From NCBI GenBank assembly GCA_012295275.1, contig CM022667.1, forward strand, positions 992,001 through 1,056,000: a stretch of 64,000 bases of DNA, in the 5' to 3' direction. Source of the DNA: Chrysomallon squamiferum. Its lineage: Eukaryota > Animalia > Mollusca. The position numbers and the translations under genes are program-made. The notes under the pieces were generated by a model. That model had not been told where the DNA came from, made no database searches, and was given only the letters and a program-made list of their open reading frames with translations. The stretch's first letter is position 1. Each line of letters begins with the position of its first letter. Below are positions 55,511-64,000 of the stretch, piece after piece.

Positions 55511-56944
55511 TACACTGAGTCATCTTCCAGCAGTGAAAAGCTACTACTGCAAAAACCTGCCAGACATGGATACATCGTTTGGTACAGGGCAAGTTTTAAT
55601 GTGCTAGTAGCTCGAGCTGATAAAATGCACAACTTCCATATGCACTCAATTAAAACTTCAGATAGTTTAGTTTATGCGCTAACAGTCCATAAACTACTGC
55701 AAAGCATGGCTTTCTTTGGCATACAGAATACAATTCATATAATTATGAGGAAGTTTTAATGTTCTAATAAGCAGTAAGATTTCTTTATCAAGCGTATGCA
55801 GCTAGTGTAATAAAATTTGGTATTTCACAGATGATGTATCATATTCTTTTTGCATATGAAAAATACATAAAAAAATATATATATATATATACATAAGCCT
55901 GCATACATACACTACACACATGATATAATTTTTTATGTATTTTTCATATGCAAAAAGAATATTATACATCATCTGTGTGTATGTGTATTTGTGTGTGTGT
56001 CTGTGTGTGTGTGTGTGGGGTGTAAGCATGCATGTATGCACATTCCAATTTTACATCATCCAATGTGTAATGTAACTATGACTTTAAATTAATTATACTG
56101 GATTTTTAATATTATTATATTGTCACCTGTTTTGAAGCACTTGTTGGAATGAGAAATTACCCTTTTGGGTGAAATCAAAATAGAATAGTGTTGCAGCCTC
56201 TTTTATATGTTCCAGACACAGCTTCTACAAATACAGCAGTCTATTTTCTCTATTTCAGATAGTGATCACAGAATAATGACAGTGTTTGAGATAATGTTGT
56301 TGATGGTGATGATAATGACAGTGGCTGGGATAATGGTGTTGATGGTGATGTTAATGATGATGGTTACGATGTAGACAGTGGTACTAACTGCATGCATTAC
56401 ATGTGAATTTAACTTAAGACTTTTGAAATAGATGTTGATCCTATAGGGATTTTTTTTTTTTTGTTTTGTTTTGTTTTGGTAGCATTAAAATCATAAAAGA
56501 ACTTTATTTACTAAATGAAAATAGGACTGAAGATCACTTACAAACCAATCCATAATTCATGAATATTTTAAAAATTTTATTTATAAATATTTTATCAGTT
56601 TGTGAATTTGTTTTCATTTATATGATTTTTCAAACTATTACAACAAACTTTGTTATTTAACTCTAAAATAATCTATTGAAAATGTCTACTTGTCTGTCAT
56701 TTAGTCCATTTATCTGTTAAACAGGAGAAACAAATCATGATGTTTTTGTGTATTTTATGTCTTCTGTGTGTGTGTGTGTTATGTCTGAAAAAGCTAGCTT
56801 TTTTTCTCTTTTTTTTATCCTTGGTTCTATTATTATTAATTTTTTTTTTTAACCATATTCAGTTTCCATTTACTAAATGATTTTACTCTGTGACAAACTT
56901 CTACTAATATTTCCTTCATCCCTGGAGAAAACCCTTATGTAGAT

Positions 56945-56988
<44 letters not shown>

Positions 56989-57339
56989 AACAAAAGCATT
57001 CCCCAATGCAGCATGCACATAATAAATTGCTTTCTAAGCATTCTGACTCTGACACTGGTGGATATTAAACAATTTTGCCAATGTTATTTCATATCTGATT
57101 TCTCCCCCTTATCAATTTACAGTCCCTCAAGCAGCCAAGGGTCAGAGAAGAGTTCCATTTTCCTGATTACTGACACAAGGAGAGCTGAGAGTTCAGGAGA
57201 GGTGGCAAAGAGGAGATGTCAGACAACAGTTATTTCTGTCAATATGTTGAGATTTTGTTTCTTAATGATATGTAATATGTCATAGAGAGATAATGGTGAA
57301 ATAATTAATCTGGTAATAAAAAAAAAAATTAAAAATTAA

Positions 57340-57372
<33 letters not shown>

Positions 57373-58237
57373 CAGAAAATAAAAATTGGAATGTAATTTA
57401 AGATATTGCATTTCATAGGGAAGGGGATTTTATTTTATTTCTTTTTTTATTTTTATTTTTTTTGATGTGTGAAGCAAAGGGCTTTTGTTGACTGGATATT
57501 GATAGTCAACATTGAAAACATTTTGTTGGGTTTTTTGGGGGATACATTTTTTAATATTACTTAATGCCGAAGACAACAGTATAATAAGTTATTTTTTTTA
57601 TAAGTGTTTTCTGACTTATTTGTTTGCTTGTTTATTTGTTTGTTTATTCATTCATATATTTATTTGCTTGTTTATTTATTTATTAAATTTTGGAAGTTCA
57701 TTGTATGTTTATTTTTTTGTATTTATCTCTAGATTAAATTTTGTACCTTACACTTTAATTCTTTTGCAACTCAAAATCACATTTTTGTCTTAAATCCTAT
57801 GACTTTAGTATAATCAGTTCCATATTATATTGTTATAATAAAGTAAGGAATATTATAAACTATAAGTTATTTACTGTATATATATAAGGAATACAAAATA
57901 GACATACAAATGCACATACATACATACAAACATACACACATACACACATACATATATATATTTTTTTTTTTACAGGGAAATACAATTCTTATAAAAGCTA
58001 TACACATATACACACACATACACATATACACACATACACAGATTCATATATACACACATATATGAAATTCTAATTATACACTACTGATAATCCAGTACCT
58101 GTTAACAATATATCTCTACCATCAAACCATCTTCATTATGTCTCTATCTTTAAACTCTTAGCATTATTTCTTCATGTCATCAAAGAACCAGTAGCAGCAG
58201 GTGATTGTATTTGGTAGACTATGCTAATGGCCCTTCA

Positions 58238-58340
58238 CAACCCTCTCTGATTCTCACATGATTTTCTTGTCTCTTCTTCTCTGTCTTCGCAACCCTCTCT
58301 GATTCTCACATCATTTTCTTGTCTCTTCTTCTCTGTCTCA
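58238..58340 (+). repeat. 52-bp tandem duplication
   Basis: caaccctctctgattctcacat[g/c]attttcttgtctcttcttctctgtct occurs twice back-to-back. Confidence 0.95.
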
Positions 58341-58629
58341 TGGCAGTATTGTGTCATTATTTTCTGAGACAAGCTTGAAAAACGTTTAAGCACAGCCAAT
58401 GAATGATTCATTCAGAAAGCTTCCTGTCTATGTAATATGTGACCCATCACCCTGAACCAGGTCTTAAGTCACATTTTGGCTGAGTGAAGTTATGAACAGA
58501 AGCTTCATTTTGATGCCTCATGCATCAGTCTATGACCATATCTGCTTAAATAAAAGTATTTAAAAAGTATTTTATGTATCTATGTATATCTGTCTGTGTG
58601 TGTGTGTGTTTAGAAATATATTTTCCCCA

Positions 58630-59155
58630 CAAGGGTATTTTCTCGTTCCAACCAGAGCTCCATAACTGTTGTTCTATTTTTACCAAAGGTTGTGGTATGA
58701 ACTTTTAATTTTACTGAAAGTTATATGTTTGAGGTCTTCAAAAGATTTTTTTCCTTTGACTCTTTATTTTTTGTCTCCAGCACCTTCTTTATTCTTTTCC
58801 ATTGATTCCATAAATCTATAAATAATTACTGATTTACAAAGATCACTGGGTTAAAAACACAGGACAAACTGCAAATTAATTATTTTTATCATTCCCCTAT
58901 GAATTTCCACTGCATTCATGTAGGGGATATCACCCTCTGGTGGGTGTTAAAAGATTCCTTTCTGCTGAATGACAAGAGTAACCCATGATGAAGCTAATGA
59001 TGAAGCTAATGTCAGGTTTCTTTTCTCATAATGTCATCATCATCATGCAACAAACAAACAAACAAAAAAACCCCACAAATTCTTGTCTATTAATAACAGT
59101 TACTACTAAAATGAGTGAATGTGTCTTTAAACCAATGCTTATTTATTATTTTAAA
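58630..59155 (+). mobile_element. Decayed SINE in two pieces (about 58630-58700 and 58940-59155)
   Basis: tttctcgttccaaccagagctcca...ccaaaggttgtggtatg and taaaagattcctttctgctgaat..agagtaacccatg...aggtttcttttctc; cross-similar to 23330-23715 and 60605-60725. Confidence 0.55.
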
Positions 59156-59389
59156 ACAAACAGCCAAACTTGTGTTCAAACAGTCTCTGCACTAGGTCAG
59201 TGGGTTTGTAAGGTCCTGACCTAGTGAGCCCAAATCTTTTCCTAATCTAGCTGCCGTTGGATGTAAGTCAAATCAGGACATTGACCACTGACCACTGTGC
59301 TGACCACTGCATATCAATGACAGGACAGACAGAGAATTATCCAATTCAGATTAGTTTCCTGACTGACTGAAGAAACCACCATTCTATCT

Positions 59390-59700
59390 TGAGCTAAAGT
59401 TGTTACTAATATTTGTTACTCTTTTGTGTAAAGTTATTACTATTTGTTGTAGTTTTTTCTGAAGTTATTATTATTATTTGTTCTATTGTAATCTGAAATA
59501 ATTACTATTATTTTTTCAAGTTTTGTCTGAAGTTATTACTATTTTTTGTTCTATTTTTGTCTGAAGTTATTACTGTTATTTGTGGCATTTTTGACTGAAG
59601 TTATTACTATTTTTTGGTCTGTTTTTGTCTTATTATTTGTTCTACTCTAATCTGAACACATTACTATTATTTCTTCTATTTCTGTCTGAAGTCATTACAG
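59390..59700 (+). repeat. Degenerate about 32-bp minisatellite (tctgaagttattactatttttgttctatttt)
   Basis: The ctgaagttattact anchor recurs about 8 times. Confidence 0.85.
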
Positions 59701-60095
59701 ACACTGGTTATATTTTTATCTACAGTTTTTATGATTATTATTATTATTATTTTGTTTTGCATTTTGTCTGATGATTTATTAAACAATTTTTTATCTTATT
59801 AGACAAGAATCTGTTGATGGAAAATTTTTTTCATAAATTCATGTTGATTCTGCAACAACGGTGTTTTTCTGATTTCACATCATGCTAGACACTGGTTATA
59901 TTTTGTCTGGCATGATTAAGAGATTCAGTTAGTCCAGCAAGATGTGCATTCCTGATAATAACCAGATTTACTTATAAAAAATTCAAGTCACAATCATGTA
60001 CATGATAAAATTTGATTTGGAAAAAATGGATAATAAGAGAGATAAAAAATTCTGCAACAGATGGTGATTTTGACAGGCTGATTTCACATCATGCT

Positions 60096-60119
60096 AGAGA
60101 GAGAGAGAGATTGCTTGTC

Positions 60120-60192
<73 letters not shown>

Positions 60193-60346
60193 TAAGAGAG
60201 AAAGAAAGAGAGAGAGAGGGAGAATCATGAGATGAGAGATAAAGAGAGAGAGAGAGAGAAAGAGAGAAAAAATGGAGAGAGAAAGAGAGAGAAAGAAAGA
60301 AGAGAGAAAAGAGATGAGAGAGAGAGAGAGAGAGAGAAAGAGAGAT

Positions 60347-60420
<74 letters not shown>
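60096..60420. repeat. Interrupted (AG)n microsatellite
   Basis: Direct reading. Confidence 0.95.
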
Positions 60421-60422
<2 letters not shown>

Positions 60423-60604
60423 CAGGTATGAAAGGAGAAAAGAGAGTGGAGAATCAGTCAGTCTGTGTGTTGTGTGTTTTGTGTATGAGTGGGTGGGCAC
60501 GAAAGAGAAAGAAGTAAAGAAGGAAAATTCATTTTAATAACAGTCTATTTAAAGTATACCTTATGATTATATTGCATTATATATGTGTAAATCTATATAT
60601 ACAT

Positions 60605-60726
60605 AATGATAGAGAAGAAACCTGTTTCCGTTGCTTGATGGGTTATTATTTTTCAACAAGGGAGTCTTAGTGTGCACCTTCTCTTTGTTGGAAAAACTCA
60701 TACAAAGGTCTTTGATAAACAAGTCT
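60605..60726 (-). mobile_element. Decayed SINE fragment
   Basis: gagaagaaacctg...atgggttattatttt..caagggagtctt..tgtgcacc...aggtctttgataaacaagtc; the reverse complement aligns loosely with 58640-59030. Confidence 0.55.
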
Positions 60727-61501
60727 CAAAGCTTTGGCTGAACAGAAATCTGCACAGTGGGTACAATGAGGAGAGAAAGAGAGAGTTGGGGAAGGAGAGA
60801 GGGGAAAACAGAGTGGGAGAGAGAGAAAGGAGTAGAAAGTTGAGAGACTAAGTCTGTGTGAGAAAAGCTACAAGAAAGAGTGAGAGAATGAGACAGAGAA
60901 AGAAAGAAAGAGAGAGTGAGAGAATTCAAAAAACAACTTTCAGCAACTGGTTAAATTAGTTAAGAAGAAAAAAAAACTGTGATCATGATTATCATCAATA
61001 TTATTTGAATTATAGTCACAATCTATTTTAAATTATTGTTGTAGTCAGCTTGAATTATAACTATGGTCTATTTAAATTATAGGTGTATTCAGTTTAAATT
61101 ACCATCACTGTGAATTTAACATATAGTCTCTTTAATTAACTTAAACGACTTCTATTGCTTTTGTAATCACTACTTGCCATCTGACAAACAGTATTAACAT
61201 GATGAAGAAATAACACCCACTGTCTTCAGACATGAATTTGGTGTGTTTTTGTGGATGGCCATACACTGTTTAACTAAATGACATTTTAGCATTAAACACA
61301 TTTATTCAATGTCATGTTAAAAACAATTATTGAAGAGTGACTACTGTCTTGGATCTTTACAGAAATGATAAATTTCCATTGTCCTTGAGTTGTTCTCTGA
61401 GAATATTTTCTTTGGGGCATTAATAATAAAAAAATGAAAAAAAATGAAAAAAAATAAAAATATATATATATACTTCATATTAATTGTATTTCTTTTTCAT
61501 A

Positions 61502-61535
<34 letters not shown>

Positions 61536-62065
61536 TTGCCATACACTTGATTCTTATCATAACATGCTTCTATTATAATTCCATTAATTCAGCTTGTGCA
61601 TGAAATAGATTAATGCATCTGTTATTGATTTCCACAATTTACTGCAAAACGTTTACTTAAAAAGTGCACTTTGTAAGACCTTCGTCAATTAACAGACATA
61701 TCCATGTACTCAGTGACCAGGTAAAAAAATCTCTTCATGACAATTAACGACTTGGCAATTACAGGTGTGTTTTCCTACCTGTGCAAAAAAGAGATGCAGC
61801 TGCAAGAAAAATATTTTAATTTTCTTCTTCATTCTGCGATTGAAGAATGATCAATAGCCATTTGCAGGAACTCACAGAATCATTGCCAGGATTCATCTTC
61901 ACTGCTGTCTGCTGATTTTAAATCATCAGCAGATTAAACGGATACTGAAAATACTGACTGTGTTGTATTTTTAACAAATCCAATTATACAGAGTATGTTA
62001 ATGGTCTTTCAAAAAAAAAAAAAAAAAAAAAAATAAAAATATGAAGACTTCATTTATTGTATATA

Positions 62066-62096
<31 letters not shown>

Positions 62097-62621
62097 GTGT
62101 ATGTGTGTGTGTATGTATGTATGTATGTATGTATGTATGTATGTATGTATGTATGTATGTATGTATGTATGTATGTATGTATGTGTTAGTATGTGGGTGT
62201 GCTTAATGCAAAGTTCATATACAATATATATATAATATTGCAATATCACTGTTAATTAAACCAAAGCTTAAAACAATATTAATTTTCTGAAATAGTTTTT
62301 TTATTGTTTATATATACTAATATATGATCCACACGGTAGTGCAAGAGTACTTTTTATTGACCACACAGACACTCCTGAATACAGTATTCATTTGCTGATA
62401 TAGAATATATTCTATACCATTTCCATTCATAAAAAAAACTGCTTATAAATACAGTCTATTATAGTTAATGCTTAATACTGTGTTAATTTTCTGATGGAGT
62501 AAGCACTGTGTATTGTAATCTACACTACATGTAATATAATGGTTTATTGATGACTTTCCATAAAGATACAGCTTAATGGAATATTCATTTACTGATATAG
62601 TGTATATATATGATATGGGAT

Positions 62622-62656
<35 letters not shown>

Positions 62657-63019
62657 TGGTAAATGAATATATAATAAAATTGTTTACTGATAATCTTTGT
62701 TTGATGTTGTTAATTTTTTTTAATGTTTAGAGTCCATTCCTTGTATTACTAGCATGGGAGCTCATCAAACATGTGCAGACCTTTGTAACGTTTCTGATAC
62801 TTACATACACAGATACAAACAGACTAAGACATACATGTGCACAAACACCAACCAATCTATATAATCTTTTCACACACACACACACACACACACATGCACT
62901 CACTCACACATTCACACAACAGACACACACTCAAACATACAATATAAAAGTTAACTGAAAAAAAAATAAAAACTGATGTATGAAAAATTTTGATGGTATA
63001 AGTCATGCACTGAATCATA

Positions 63020-63470
63020 TCTGATTGGAATGGGAAAAAATAGTAATAATATCTTATTAAAAACAAAAACAAACATATGTCATTTAGTCAGACATAAGGA
63101 GCTGATATAGAAAAATAAACTGCAATAATATTCTCTTAAAAAAAACATGAGCTATTCAGTGAAGTTAGAATGGGAAAAAAGTATTGTGATGTTCTACCTA
63201 AAAAATCAAAAATAAATATAAGTCATTCAGAGAGAGATACGAAACTGAAATGGAAAAATAAAATGTAATAATAATCTATTAAAATCAAAAACAAACATAA
63301 ATCATTCAGCTGACTGAGATTAGAATTGGAGGAGAAGAAGGCAATGATAAATTTTAAAAACCAAAACAAACAGAAGCCATCCACTGCATCAAAATGATAT
63401 TGGAATGGAAAATTACAGTAATGATGTTCTTCTATTAAAAACAAAAACAAAAACAAAAAAATAGTAATTT
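63020..63470 (+). repeat. Degenerate about 75-bp tandem array, about 6 copies
   Basis: Recurring gaatgggaaaaaa..gtaat.at.ttctattaaaaacaaaaacaaacat...tcattcag. Confidence 0.75.
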
Positions 63471-64000
63471 TTCTATAATATATCGATCCCATTGACCCGT
63501 TTTAATTCTGGAAGCAGTTGGCACCAAAGTCCAATATCAATGCTTTATCAATTTGAAGAGGGTAAATGCCTATTCGTTTTTGTCATTTTAAAAACACATT
63601 TCCCAACCAGCCACCAGAAAAGTGAAACTGACATGCATTTATTACCAAGAAGAGAAGAAATTGTGCCAAGTCTTCGAGAGATGAGGAAATTGGGGACACA
63701 CACACACACACACATGCGAATTAATGATTCCAAATGAGATTTTTGTCATGGTGACAACCAGGAATTCACACACACAGCTCCAAAGTACCCCAGGGAGAAA
63801 TCCAATATGGCTGTCCCGTAGTTACCAAGTCGTTTTCAATAAATGCAACCATTAATCACGACAAAATGAATTCTGACTTCAAGAAACTCTTACTTAGTGC
63901 TCGTAGCTTTGTCTGAATTTGCATAATTTTGCATAATTGATGATTTTTTAATTGTAAAGTCCATTTTGACTTGTTTCCTTTCCTTAATTATATATCATTT

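Noticed and set aside
58436-58550. atgtgacccatcaccctgaaccaggtcttaagtcacat as a transposon terminus
   Set aside because: It has only a vague resemblance to remembered TE ends, with no partner end or target-site duplication found.

Overview
This is AT-rich, microsatellite-dense animal genomic DNA, not prokaryotic. Decayed SINE fragments resemble, from memory and unverified, those of marine gastropod molluscs. Almost all ORFs in the supplied track are simple-repeat artefacts. The best-supported genic feature is a minus-strand spliced exon (13400-12928). It has a strong acceptor, a 5'UTR with two upstream ORFs, and a signal-peptide-like start of CDS ending at a phase-1 GTAAGA donor, which suggests a large-intron gene for a secreted or membrane protein. 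I could not identify the gene or confidently place its other exons. A weaker plus-strand terminal-exon candidate lies at 472-732. The rest looks like intron or upstream regulatory DNA: about a dozen independent degenerate minisatellite arrays, local duplications, inverted repeats, TE remnants, and short higher-complexity islands with COE/EBF-like, K50-homeodomain and nuclear-receptor DR1/DR2 motifs. I found no CRISPR, rRNA, tRNA or intact transposase. I do not see a clearly novel system. The best leads are the uORF architecture, the dsRNA-forming inverted pairs, the candidate recursive splice sites and the motif clusters.
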